DNA of 64,000 bases. It comes from an uncultured virus (IMG/VR IMGVR_UViG_3300042449_000787) (taxonomy: Duplodnaviria > Heunggongvirae > Uroviricota > Caudoviricetes). Shown piece by piece: positions 1-8,735 of the stretch. The position numbers and the translations under genes were made by a program. Each line of letters starts with the position of its first letter. Position 1 is the first letter of the stretch. The stretch lies in the IMG/VR virus record IMGVR_UViG_3300042449_000787; one strand, written 5' to 3'. The notes under the pieces are model-generated. The model did not search any database and was not told where the DNA came from. It saw only the letters and a list, made by a program, of their open reading frames with translations.

Positions 1-47
1 TTTGGGAACTTCGTGGGAAAAACTTTTTTGATGGTTTTTGAAGTTTT

Positions 48-166
48 TTGAGGTATTTTGAGGTATTTTGAGGTATTTTGAGGTATTTTTTGTGGATTTG
101 GGGTATTGGAAGGGATTTTTTGTGGATTTGAGGTGTTTTTTGTGGATTTGAGGTATTGGAAGGGGG
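48..166. repeat. G/T-skewed short tandem repeats (TTTGAGGTAT x4, then TTTTTTGTGGATTTG(A/G)GGT variants)
   Basis: Directly visible 10-bp tandem units followed by three GTGGATTTG units; non-coding. Confidence 0.85.
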
Positions 167-222
167 GAGATTAAGGCTATAGACTGAAATTAAATTTTTA
201 TTTTAAGGATATAACCTGATGA

Positions 223-267
223 AAAACCATTGAGTAAAATCTACAAAACCATTGAGTAAACTCAATG
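223..267. repeat. 16-bp direct repeat AAAACCATTGAGTAAA (223-238, 245-260) overlapping hairpin CATTGAG-taaa-CTCAATG
   Basis: Seen directly; possible protein-binding/origin site. Confidence 0.7.
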
Positions 268-448
268 ACTTTTTTTTGGATATAAACAAAATATAAATCG
301 TCCTTTTTTTTATCGCTTTTTAATTTTTTTTTGGACGATTCTAATTTGGAGTTGGAAAGATTATTCACTAAAGGGGAGTGTTATAAAATTTAACAACATC
401 TTAACAAAAAAAAACGAACCAAAAACTTGTTGAACCGAAAAACTAGTT

Positions 449-456
449 TATCTTTG
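449..456 (+). promoter_or_regulatory. Bacteroidota-type -7 promoter element TATCTTTG
   Basis: Matches TAnnTTTG; lies ahead of the first plus-strand gene run. Confidence 0.6.
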
Positions 457-618
457 ACAAAAGAAAAATTAAACTTAATAACTGAATAAAATGAAAAACA
501 ATAAATTATTAGTAAGCATTATAGAATGGATAATTGTTTTGCTATTTGTAATATTTATGTTTGTTGTACTTAGAAAAACATTAAACTAATTTTGGTAAAA
601 CTTAATAAAAATAAAACT

Positions 619-825
619 ATGGAAACATTCAATCTTACTTCTTACGAAAATGGTAGAGTAATAAAAACTATCAAAGCCGAAACCATGCAAGATGCAAAAA
701 ACATTTTGGAGTTAAAGGGTTACGACTGTCAAGACGATTACTTTCTTGAATCTGTTACCGAAAGAAACAGATGGGATATGCAAAATATAAATGGAAGGAC
801 TATTTACATAGACGAAATTAGATAA
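619..825 (+). CDS. hypothetical protein
   Basis: ORF 592..825; ATG at 619 after A-rich leader is the likelier start. Confidence 0.6.
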   Translation: METFNLTSYENGRVIKTIKAETMQDAKNILELKGYDCQDDYFLESVTERNRWDMQNINGRTIYIDEIR

Positions 826-952
826 CAACCATGTTTAGACAAAGAAAATTTCAAATAGGTTTAGCAACATACATAGCGATTTATATTTTGCTAGTGTTTA
901 TCCTTAGAAGCTAATAAAATAACAAATTAAACAACCCTTAAAAAAAAAGAAA

Positions 953-1201
953 ATGAAAAAAGTAATTATGCTTATGGCTATGCCATTATTGTTTGCGTGT
1001 TCAGCAGAAGATTCTAAAGATTGCAATTGTGGATTAGTAGTTAGCGACAACGTAAAAGATTATTCAGTTGTAATAAGAAATAAATGCTCTGGTAACGAGC
1101 AAAAATTTATATTACAAGCAGGCGATTGGATTAATGCTCATGCTGGGAGTGACTATTGTATTACTAATGTTAGTAATTGGAGATTAGCTCCAAAGGAATA
1201 A
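953..1201 (+). CDS. small Cys-rich lipoprotein
   Basis: MKK-hydrophobic-LLFAC lipobox. Confidence 0.7.
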   Translation: MKKVIMLMAMPLLFACSAEDSKDCNCGLVVSDNVKDYSVVIRNKCSGNEQKFILQAGDWINAHAGSDYCITNVSNWRLAPKE

Positions 1202-1202
1202 G

Positions 1203-1445
1203 ATGACAGCAGTAGAATGGTTGGAAGATATGATTGCTAAAATGGAAGCATACGGAGGGGATTTACCACCTCTTATGATTCATATTAAAAAAGCCAAAGA
1301 AATGGAAAAGCAACAACAAGGTTATACAGAGGATGATTTAAGAGAAGCATTTAAACAATCGAGACAAGTGTTAATCTTTGAAAAAGATATGCCTCCAATT
1401 TATGAAAGTTTTGAAGAATGGTTTGAACAATTTAAAAAGAAATAA
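1203..1445 (+). CDS. hypothetical phage protein (TAVEW-type N-terminus)
   Basis: ORF coupled to neighbours. Confidence 0.6.
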   Translation: MTAVEWLEDMIAKMEAYGGDLPPLMIHIKKAKEMEKQQQGYTEDDLREAFKQSRQVLIFEKDMPPIYESFEEWFEQFKKK

Positions 1446-1448
1446 TCC

Positions 1449-1766
1449 ATGCCAAGCAAAATAGATTCAGTAGTTATAAATAACGAGTTATTTGACAAAA
1501 GAGTTAAACTAACTTTTAATCAAAAACAAGAGATTATTTTCATTAGAGAAAAACAACAAATAAGCTATCAAAAAATAGCAGATATGTTTGGGGTTTCCAA
1601 AAGAACAATTATCTTTATATGCAAGCCTGAAACATTACAAGCTTGTTTAGAGAAAAGAAAAGAAAGAGGTGGTTGGAAACAATACTACGATAAAGAAAAA
1701 AGTGCTATTGCAATAAGAGAGCATAGGAAATATAAAAACGAGCTTTTTGAAAACAAACTAATATGA
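1449..1766 (+). CDS. HTH DNA-binding protein
   Basis: SYQKIADMFGVSKRTI helix-turn-helix pattern. Confidence 0.7.
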   Translation: MPSKIDSVVINNELFDKRVKLTFNQKQEIIFIREKQQISYQKIADMFGVSKRTIIFICKPETLQACLEKRKERGGWKQYYDKEKSAIAIREHRKYKNELFENKLI

Positions 1767-1920
1767 AAAAGAACAAAGAAAACAGTCCTTACAAAATAGA
1801 AAAAAAACTATTAGAAGAAAGAAAGATAATTAGAACAGCTTTTATTAAGTTTACCTTGTTTGTTCTTTTATCTTTTTTTATTTTTTTAGTCTTTTTATTT
1901 TACACCATTATTCATTCCTT

Positions 1921-2157
1921 ATGATAAAAATATTTCTACAATCTTTCTTTCAGGTAGGTCTAGTTTCAATATCTACAATCTTTATTACAAAACATTATTA
2001 TTTTGGAGTTTTTATTGTCGCATTTGGAATATCCTTGTTGTGGACATACAATGTTTCTAAAATAGCAATTAGTTCATTTAATCAAAAATTAACTTACGCA
2101 TTAGGTGCTGGAATAGGAGCTGTATTAGGTTTACTTTTAACTCAATTATTCAAATAG
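1921..2157 (+). CDS. small multi-TM membrane protein
   Basis: Three hydrophobic segments. Confidence 0.6.
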   Translation: MIKIFLQSFFQVGLVSISTIFITKHYYFGVFIVAFGISLLWTYNVSKIAISSFNQKLTYALGAGIGAVLGLLLTQLFK

Positions 2158-2313
2158 AATTTTTTTACCAATAAAACAAACATAATGTATCACGAGAGTA
2201 AAAACAATCAGAAATTGCTAAACATAATATGGATTATAGTTATAGCATTTGTATTTTTAATTAAATGGATATTTAGCTAATTGCTAATATAACAAAACAA
2301 AAACTTTTTTAAA

Positions 2314-3042
2314 ATGGAAATAACAAAACCAATTATCTTTTTTGACTTAGAAACTACGGGAGTTGAAATAAACACCGCTAGGATAGTTCAAATAGCTTGT
2401 ATTAAAATAAATGCAGATGGTAGTAAAGAGGAAAAAGAAATCCTAATCAACCCAACAATACCAATTCCAAAAGACGCTACCGAAGTTCATAATATTACCG
2501 ATGAAATGGTAAAGGATGCTCCAAAGTTTTTTAACATAGCTAAATCTTTATTTTCGTTCTTTGAAGGTTGCGATATTGCAGGATATAATTCCGATGCTTA
2601 TGATGTTCCACTTTTGTGTGAAGAGTTCGGTAGATGTAATATAGAATTTCCAACATGGGAGGTAAACCTTATTGATGTGCTAAAATACGAAAGGCTATTG
2701 AATCCAAACAACCTTGCTTCTGTTTACAAAAGATATACGGGCAAAGAATTAGATGGTGCGCATAATGCAATGAATGATGTTAGAGCAACATTTGAAATAT
2801 TAATGTGCCAATTAGAAGGTAAACAAGAACAAAGTCCAGAACAAATAGATTTGTATTGTCAAGGTGAAAGAAAACGATACGACATAGGTGGTAAAACTTA
2901 TATCGATAAAGAAGGTAACGTAAGATGGTCATTTGGTAAAAATATGCACAAGCTAGTATTGGATGATTTAGGCTATTATCAATGGGTGTTAAAAAACGAC
3001 TTTCCAACCGAGCTTAAAAACAAACTTAAAAAACTTAGTTAA
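2314..3042 (+). CDS. DEDDh 3'-5' exonuclease (DnaQ/PolIII-epsilon-like)
   Basis: FFDLETTG, GYNSDAYD, AHNAMND exo motifs I-III. Confidence 0.9.
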   Translation: MEITKPIIFFDLETTGVEINTARIVQIACIKINADGSKEEKEILINPTIPIPKDATEVHNITDEMVKDAPKFFNIAKSLFSFFEGCDIAGYNSDAYDVPLLCEEFGRCNIEFPTWEVNLIDVLKYERLLNPNNLASVYKRYTGKELDGAHNAMNDVRATFEILMCQLEGKQEQSPEQIDLYCQGERKRYDIGGKTYIDKEGNVRWSFGKNMHKLVLDDLGYYQWVLKNDFPTELKNKLKKLS

Positions 3043-3047
3043 AATAT

Positions 3048-3368
3048 ATGAAAAAGAAAGTTGTGTTTATAAAACTAGATGAATCATCGTCACTTTTTAA
3101 GGCTTTAAAGCAAAGAAATTTGATAGACTATAGAGGTTTTTTATCTTTATACTTAAATGATGTTCCGAGAATAGGAGAAAGCTTTACGCTTCCTTATGAT
3201 TCTATGACCTCTGAAAAAAACGAGATACTAAAATTATATCTTACAAAAAGACCACAAAATAAACCAATTATGAAAGTTGAAGATTTAATTATAGACCAAG
3301 TTTGCGCAGAATATAATTTGTACTACTTGAAATGTTCTTATATAAACGATACGAATAATTGGTTATAA
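3048..3368 (+). CDS. hypothetical protein; stop codon lies in the TAAC core of hairpin site 1
   Basis: ORF track; TAA 3366-3368. Confidence 0.6.
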   Translation: MKKKVVFIKLDESSSLFKALKQRNLIDYRGFLSLYLNDVPRIGESFTLPYDSMTSEKNEILKLYLTKRPQNKPIMKVEDLIIDQVCAEYNLYYLKCSYINDTNNWL

Positions 3369-3458
3369 CGTATGGTGCTATGAGCAGGTTTGCCTTGCAG
3401 AAATATTCAAATTTAGCACAAATGTTATTGGCAAACTTGCTTATAGCACGTGTTAGCA
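3363..3458 (+). repeat. attC-like hairpin site 1 (96 bp)
   Basis: TTATAAC, arm GTGCTATGAGCAGGTTTGCC (3375-3394) / GGCAAACTTGCTTATAGCAC (3430-3449), GTTAGCA. Confidence 0.8.
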
Positions 3459-3550
3459 GTAGTACGGTAATTAACCACAAATGCTCATTCGGAGAACCGA
3501 ACCTTTTTCTTTTCTTTTTTGAGCGAGGGCAAAAATATTAAAATAAAATT

Positions 3551-4459
3551 ATGACAATAGATTTAAGATACGGAGATGCAATAGAACAAATGAAATTGAT
3601 AGCAGATGAAAGTGTTGATGCTATAATTTCAGATATTCCTTATGGGATTTCATTTAGTGATTGGGATGTTAAACATTCTAATACCAATACTGCATTATTA
3701 GGGAGTTCCCCTGCACAACAAAATAGTAAAATATTTAAAAGTAGAGGTAAGCCTAAAAATGGATGGAGCGATAAAGACAAGCAAATAAGCATTGAATTTC
3801 AAATATTTTGCGAAAGTTTTTTAAAAGAGTGTTATCGAATTATGAAACCTGCATCTCCAATATTATGTTTTACAGGAAGGCAATATCAACATAGGTTTAC
3901 GGTTGCAGGAGAAAATAGCGGTCTAATATTAAAAGATGTACTTAGTTGGAATAAGAAAAAAGCACCATTTAAAGCACAAAGGATAGGTCAAGTAATAGGT
4001 AAAAGAAATTCAGATTATAGCGATAATAGAAGATTGGGTAATTTAGCACCAATAGTAGAACCAATTGTGTATATGTTTAAGCCATATAAGATTGGTGGAA
4101 CTATTACAGATTGTTATTTGAAGTATGGTACAGGTACTTTTTCTTCTGAAATTTACAAAACAAATTTAATTGAAGAAAGTTCGCATATTTCAGACAAGTT
4201 ACACGAAACCCAAAAGCCGTTAAAACTAATGGAAAACTTAATAAAAACTTTCACAAAAGAACATCAAACTATTTTAGATATGTTTGGTGGCTCAATGACA
4301 ACAGGAATTGCCTGTATAAACACAAATAGAAACTTTATCGGAATTGAGAATAATATGGATTATTTTAATATTTCTTTAAAGAGGGTGGAAGAAAAAAGAA
4401 AAGAAAAAGATTTAAAAAAATTGTGCGATGGTAAAAAAAGAATTTACAACAGAAATTAG
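3551..4459 (+). CDS. beta-class adenine DNA methyltransferase, M.HindIII-like
   Basis: DIPY catalytic motif, HETQKP, DMFGGS SAM motif; the AIISDIPYG..WD..HSNTN.AL.G...AQ....FK.RGKP.NGWS block resembles M.HindIII as recalled. Confidence 0.85.
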   Translation: MTIDLRYGDAIEQMKLIADESVDAIISDIPYGISFSDWDVKHSNTNTALLGSSPAQQNSKIFKSRGKPKNGWSDKDKQISIEFQIFCESFLKECYRIMKPASPILCFTGRQYQHRFTVAGENSGLILKDVLSWNKKKAPFKAQRIGQVIGKRNSDYSDNRRLGNLAPIVEPIVYMFKPYKIGGTITDCYLKYGTGTFSSEIYKTNLIEESSHISDKLHETQKPLKLMENLIKTFTKEHQTILDMFGGSMTTGIACINTNRNFIGIENNMDYFNISLKRVEEKRKEKDLKKLCDGKKRIYNRN

Positions 4460-4631
4460 CAATGAACTAATGAACATTTATTTGTTGCTTGGAATTGACA
4501 AACCGACTAATCACGAAGATATTATTCAGTTTGTTTCAGAAGATGTGGAAGCATCAACAAATGCAGAAACATATACAAGTGAGGACATAAAAATTGCATT
4601 TAGAAGATTAATTGAAACTTATGAATACTAA
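4428..4631 (+). CDS. hypothetical protein (67 aa) within cassette 1
   Basis: ORF overlapping both flanking MTases. Confidence 0.6.
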   Translation: MVKKEFTTEISNELMNIYLLLGIDKPTNHEDIIQFVSEDVEASTNAETYTSEDIKIAFRRLIETYEY

Positions 4632-5463
4632 CTTAATATTTGGAGATTGCCAAGAATATTTACCAAAACTTGAAAGTGAAAGTTTTGATTTAATCCTTTG
4701 CGATTTACCATACGGAACAACAAGGCTGAAATGGGATTGTCCGATTGATTTAGAATTTTTGTTTGGTGAATATGAAAGATTAATTAAACCAAAAGGTGCG
4801 ATTGTACTATTCGGAAACCAACCATTTACAAGTAAATTGATAATGACAAGACCTTCCTTGTACAAATATAGTTGGATATGGGTAAAGCCATTTCCTACGG
4901 GGTTTTTAAATGCAAATTACAGACCGATGCTTTCTTTCGAGGATATACTTGTATTTAGTAAAAGTGGTGCAGGTGCAGGAAGTAAAGACAATAATATGAA
5001 TTACTATCCACAAGGATTGATAGAGATAAATAAGAAGAAGAAAAACAAGAAAGGTACGAGAGGTCAACACATACACGATACTGTTAATTGCGGAATACAA
5101 AATGTTTTGAATAGTGAAAAAGAGTATCAGCAAAAATTTACAGGTTATCCGAATAATATTTTAGAATGTGATAGAGATGAACCGCAATTGCACCCAACTC
5201 AAAAACCGTTATTATTGATTGAATACTTGATTAAAACATACTCAAAAGAAGGAGGTAATGTTTTGGATAATACTATGGGAAGCGGAACGGTTGGTGTTGG
5301 TTGCAAAAATTTAAAAAGAAACTTTGTAGGGATGGAAAACAAAAAGGAATATTTTGACATAGCAAACGAAAGAATACTAACGGCTGTGATAACAGACGAA
5401 AAAGAAGGGGAAAATTTTTTAAAATCTTTTTCTCCACAAACTTTATTCGGAGATGAAAAGTAG
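4612..5463 (+). CDS. beta-class N4-C/N6-A DNA methyltransferase
   Basis: CDLPYG, HPTQKP, DNTMGSG. Confidence 0.92.
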   Translation: MKLMNTNLIFGDCQEYLPKLESESFDLILCDLPYGTTRLKWDCPIDLEFLFGEYERLIKPKGAIVLFGNQPFTSKLIMTRPSLYKYSWIWVKPFPTGFLNANYRPMLSFEDILVFSKSGAGAGSKDNNMNYYPQGLIEINKKKKNKKGTRGQHIHDTVNCGIQNVLNSEKEYQQKFTGYPNNILECDRDEPQLHPTQKPLLLIEYLIKTYSKEGGNVLDNTMGSGTVGVGCKNLKRNFVGMENKKEYFDIANERILTAVITDEKEGENFLKSFSPQTLFGDEK

Positions 5464-5469
5464 TATTGT

Positions 5470-5562
5470 TGGTAACGTTATCGGGCTTGGCGAAGGTGGG
5501 CTTGTAGGATGCTCAATTTTAGCAGAATGTTTCTGCCCACTTTTGCCAAACCCGTGTTACCT
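5470..5562 (+). repeat. attC-like hairpin site 2 (93 bp)
   Basis: TGGTAAC, arm CGGGCTTGGCGAAGGTGGGC / GCCCACTTTTGCCAAACCCG, GTTACCT. Confidence 0.8.
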
Positions 5563-5628
5563 GCTGGTGCGGTTAATTCAGGATAAACTTGATACGAAGA
5601 ACGAAACAAAAATTTTAAATAAAAAAGC

Positions 5629-6438
5629 GTGGGAAATTTTAACTTAGATACAGACGAACAAAAAGAATGGTATGGTATAAGCACTAACCGAAGTAGTGAA
5701 CACTTAGGGGATTGCTTAGAATTGATGCCATTGATAGCAGATGAAAGTATTGATTTGATACTTTGCGACTTGCCATACGGCACTACTCAAAACAAATGGG
5801 ATAGCGTTATTCCACTTGATAAACTTTGGAAAGAGTATGAAAGAATTATAAAGCCTAATGGTGCTATTATTTTAACAAGTGCTGAACCATTTACAAGTGC
5901 TTTAGTAATGAGCAATCCAAAACTATTTAGGTATGATATAATTTGGGAAAAGCAGAAAGGAAGTGACCCATTAAATGCCAATAGAAAACCATTACGAAGC
6001 CACGAAAATATACTTGTATTCTACAAGAAACAACCAACATACAACCCACAATTTGAACAAGGCGAACCATATATTAGAAAAGGTGATTGTAGGGTTAAAT
6101 CAAGCAATTTCAACGAAGCAAAAACTATAAACGATAGAGGTAGTGAAGATGGCAAACGATACCCCAAAACCGTTGTAAAGTTTAGTGGCGAAGGAATGAA
6201 CTCAAACAACTTGCACCCTACACAAAAGCCACAAAATTTAATGGAGTATTTGATTAAACAATATAGCAACGAAAACGAAATAATACTTGACAATACGGCA
6301 GGAGTATTTACAACTGCAATAGCTTGTTTAGAAACGAATAGAAAGTATATTGTAATGGAGCAAGAAAAGGAATACTACAGCAAAGGATTAAAACGAATAC
6401 TTGAATGGGAACGAGAACAAAAAACAAAATTGTTTTGA
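5629..6438 (+). CDS. beta-class N4-C/N6-A DNA methyltransferase
   Basis: CDLPYG, HPTQKP, DNTAG; GTG start uncertain. Confidence 0.9.
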   Translation: MGNFNLDTDEQKEWYGISTNRSSEHLGDCLELMPLIADESIDLILCDLPYGTTQNKWDSVIPLDKLWKEYERIIKPNGAIILTSAEPFTSALVMSNPKLFRYDIIWEKQKGSDPLNANRKPLRSHENILVFYKKQPTYNPQFEQGEPYIRKGDCRVKSSNFNEAKTINDRGSEDGKRYPKTVVKFSGEGMNSNNLHPTQKPQNLMEYLIKQYSNENEIILDNTAGVFTTAIACLETNRKYIVMEQEKEYYSKGLKRILEWEREQKTKLF

Positions 6439-6516
6439 AAAAACAAAAGTGCGATGGCTTTTTATTTAAAATTTTCTTTCACAAATGTTCAATAGTAGCA
6501 GTATCGTAGCACTTGC

Positions 6517-6646
6517 AGGTAACGGTCGGGTATTGCCGAAGGTGGGGCATAGTACCACAAATGTTGATTAAACCACTAAAGTTAAATAGATGCAGAATGT
6601 TGAAAATATAGATGTCAGCCCCACTTTTGGCAATACAGTGTTACCT
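6517..6646 (+). repeat. attC-like hairpin site 3 (130 bp)
   Basis: AGGTAAC, arm GTATTGCCGAAGGTGGGGC / GCCCCACTTTTGGCAATAC, GTTACCT. Confidence 0.8.
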
Positions 6647-7249
6647 GCCGTTGTGGGTTCTCAAACGAAATACCGAACAATAGTAGCAGACCCACCTTGG
6701 AAGTATGGTAAATGGGGTAAAGCATCTGACAGCCCTTTAGCAAGAAAGAAGTTCCCAAATGGACAATGGGAAAAAGATTTTGATATACCATACCAAACGA
6801 TGGGTATTGAAGAAATTAAGGCTTTAAATGTAGCAAATTTAGCAGATGATAATTGCGAGTTGTATTTATGGACTACCCAAAAATATTTACCTGATGCTTT
6901 TGAAGTATTGAAGGCTTGGGGTTTCAAGTATTGCCAAACATTGACTTGGTGTAAAACACCACGAGGAACTGGACAAGGTGGAGTATATTGCCCTACAACC
7001 GAATTTTTAATACTTGGGAGAAAAGGTAAAGCACCAAAAGTAAAACGAATAGATACAACTTGGTGGAATGTAAAAAGAACAAGTAATCATTCTAAAAAGC
7101 CTGAATTTTTTCAAGACTTAATCGAAACGGTTTCAGATGCTCCACGATTAGAAATGTTTGCAAGGCGTGAACGTGTCGGATGGGATATTTGGGGCAATGA
7201 ATTAGAGAATGATGTCGAATTGGAAACGTCTGCTAACAATGGCAGGTAA
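6590..7249 (+). CDS. MT-A70 family adenine methyltransferase
   Basis: ADPPW, LYLWTT, HSKKP, LEMFAR, GWDIWGNE; starts in the loop of site 3 and stops in the TAAC of site 4. Confidence 0.92.
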   Translation: MQNVENIDVSPTFGNTVLPAVVGSQTKYRTIVADPPWKYGKWGKASDSPLARKKFPNGQWEKDFDIPYQTMGIEEIKALNVANLADDNCELYLWTTQKYLPDAFEVLKAWGFKYCQTLTWCKTPRGTGQGGVYCPTTEFLILGRKGKAPKVKRIDTTWWNVKRTSNHSKKPEFFQDLIETVSDAPRLEMFARRERVGWDIWGNELENDVELETSANNGR

Positions 7250-7376
7250 CGGCAAAGTATAACTGTCAGGTGGGGGATTAAATGCACCGAACCTTCACAT
7301 TGACACTAAACTAAATTAGGAGCAGATAGCTTCGGGTGGTTAATCAGCCCCCACTTGCAGTTATACAATGTTATGG
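7244..7376 (+). repeat. attC-like hairpin site 4 (133 bp)
   Basis: AGGTAAC, arm GTATAACTG(T)CAGGTGGGGG / CCCCCACTTGCAGTTATAC with bulged T, GTTATGG. Confidence 0.8.
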
Positions 7377-7399
7377 GCTGGTGTTTAATACTTATTTTT

Positions 7400-7531
7400 A
7401 TGACAGCAACAGATGAAAAGTATGTTGAAATTCTAAAAGCCGTTTTACAATCTGAAAAAGTTTGGGAACGAAACGATTTACTATCGGCTTTCAAGAAAGC
7501 ATTAGCCAAAAAGAAAACGGCTAAAAAGTAA
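7400..7531 (+). CDS. 43-aa basic peptide forming mini-cassette 4 (MTATDEKYVEILKAVLQSEKVWERNDLLSAFKKALAKKKTAKK)
   Basis: Read manually; only ORF between sites 4 and 5. Confidence 0.55.
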   Translation: MTATDEKYVEILKAVLQSEKVWERNDLLSAFKKALAKKKTAKK

Positions 7532-7565
7532 CTGTTATAGGGTGGGTGTGCTTCGGTACACTTGC

Positions 7566-7695
7566 CCATAACGTTTGGTATAAGACCAGTAGCGGAATAG
7601 AAATTACAAACTTTCAAAATTAAACGAATGAATATAGAAACCACAAACTCCCCGAATACCACCGAAACCGCTATTGGTTTTATACCGTGTTATGC
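7566..7695 (+). repeat. attC-like hairpin site 5 (130 bp)
   Basis: CCATAAC, arm GGTATAAGACCAGTAGCGG / CCGCTATTGGTTTTATACC, GTTATGC. Confidence 0.8.
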
Positions 7696-8452
7696 ACAGG
7701 TTTTTTTAGGTGATTGCTTGGAACTATACAAGAATATAGAACCGAAAAGTATTGATTTAATTTTAACCGATTTGCCTTATGGTACAACCGCCTGTAAATG
7801 GGATACAATAATCCCATTTGACAAACTTTGGGAAATGGTTAATTACTTACTTAAACCAAACGGAGCATTTATTACAACTGCTTCGCAACCATTTACAAGT
7901 GCTTTGGTAATGAGTAACCCAAAGATGTTTAAGTATGAATGGATTTGGGATAAAGTACAACCAACTGGAGCATTTAACGCAATTAAGCAACCAATGAAAC
8001 TACATGAAAATATTTTAGTATTTTACAATGAACAGCCAATTTATAATAGACAAATGACTGATAGACCGCTAAAAGATTTAAGACCAAACCAAATTAAAAC
8101 TACTAAAAAACTGGATAAAATAGAATATGAATATTTGGGCGGACAAAAGAAACAATACTCTGAAAATTGGGATTATACCAAAGTAAACCCAAAAACTATT
8201 ATTCAATTTCAAAAATCTGCTGAAAGATTTAAGGAATTTAAACACCCTACACAAAAACCAATAGCGTTATTTGAATACTTACTAAAAACATACAGCAATG
8301 AAGGAATGACAATATTCGACCCTTGTATGGGTTCAGGAACTACTGGAATAGCTTGTAAAATCACCAACCGAAACTTTATTGGAATAGAGAAAGACGAAGC
8401 ATATTTCAAAATCGCAGAACAGCGAATAAATGCACGAACGTTGTTTCCTTAA
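7628..8452 (+). CDS. beta-class N4-C/N6-A DNA methyltransferase
   Basis: TDLPYG, HPTQKP, DPCMGSG; ATG in the loop of site 5. Confidence 0.92.
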   Translation: MNIETTNSPNTTETAIGFIPCYAQVFLGDCLELYKNIEPKSIDLILTDLPYGTTACKWDTIIPFDKLWEMVNYLLKPNGAFITTASQPFTSALVMSNPKMFKYEWIWDKVQPTGAFNAIKQPMKLHENILVFYNEQPIYNRQMTDRPLKDLRPNQIKTTKKLDKIEYEYLGGQKKQYSENWDYTKVNPKTIIQFQKSAERFKEFKHPTQKPIALFEYLLKTYSNEGMTIFDPCMGSGTTGIACKITNRNFIGIEKDEAYFKIAEQRINARTLFP

Positions 8453-8461
8453 ACTTGTGCA

Positions 8462-8498
8462 TAACTAATTGCTAACCGCATAAAATGTATTACAAAAT
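8462..8498 (+). repeat. non-palindromic attI-like site, copy 1
   Basis: TAACTAATTGCTAACCGCATAAAATGTATTACAAAAT; 33/37 identical to 9516-9552. Confidence 0.6.
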
Positions 8499-8682
8499 GG
8501 CAAAAATACTAACAAAAACAAAGGTCATAAGGATTACAGGAACACAACATAAAACACTTCAAAAAATGAAGTCTTACAATGTTGATATAGGTAAGTTTAT
8601 AAGAGATTCGATAAGTGAAAAAATTAAAAGAGAATATCAAGATTTAATACCCAAACCAAATAAAATTATTATACCTTTCTAA
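8485..8682 (+). CDS. small DNA-binding protein, probably ribbon-helix-helix
   Basis: KVIRIT strand followed by two helices (..KFIRDSISEKI). Confidence 0.6.
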   Translation: MYYKMAKILTKTKVIRITGTQHKTLQKMKSYNVDIGKFIRDSISEKIKREYQDLIPKPNKIIIPF

Positions 8683-8735
8683 CAATTATAAATAAATAAA
8701 AATAATTTTAAACCAAACTTAAAAATTAAAAACAA

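Noticed and set aside
5453..5647. 64-aa ORF across site 2 (and 3359..3541 across site 1)
   Set aside because: Probably by-products of GC-rich hairpin sequence; only the shorter loop-initiated peptides are plausible.
3363..7695. CRISPR array or REP/BIME interpretation of the hairpins
   Set aside because: Units are not identical repeats, the spacers are whole genes, and no cas or RAYT genes are present.
3363..7695. Hairpins as simple rho-independent terminators
   Set aside because: Loops are 33-72 nt, there are no U-tracts, ORFs read through them, and cassette-end complementarity would be unexplained.
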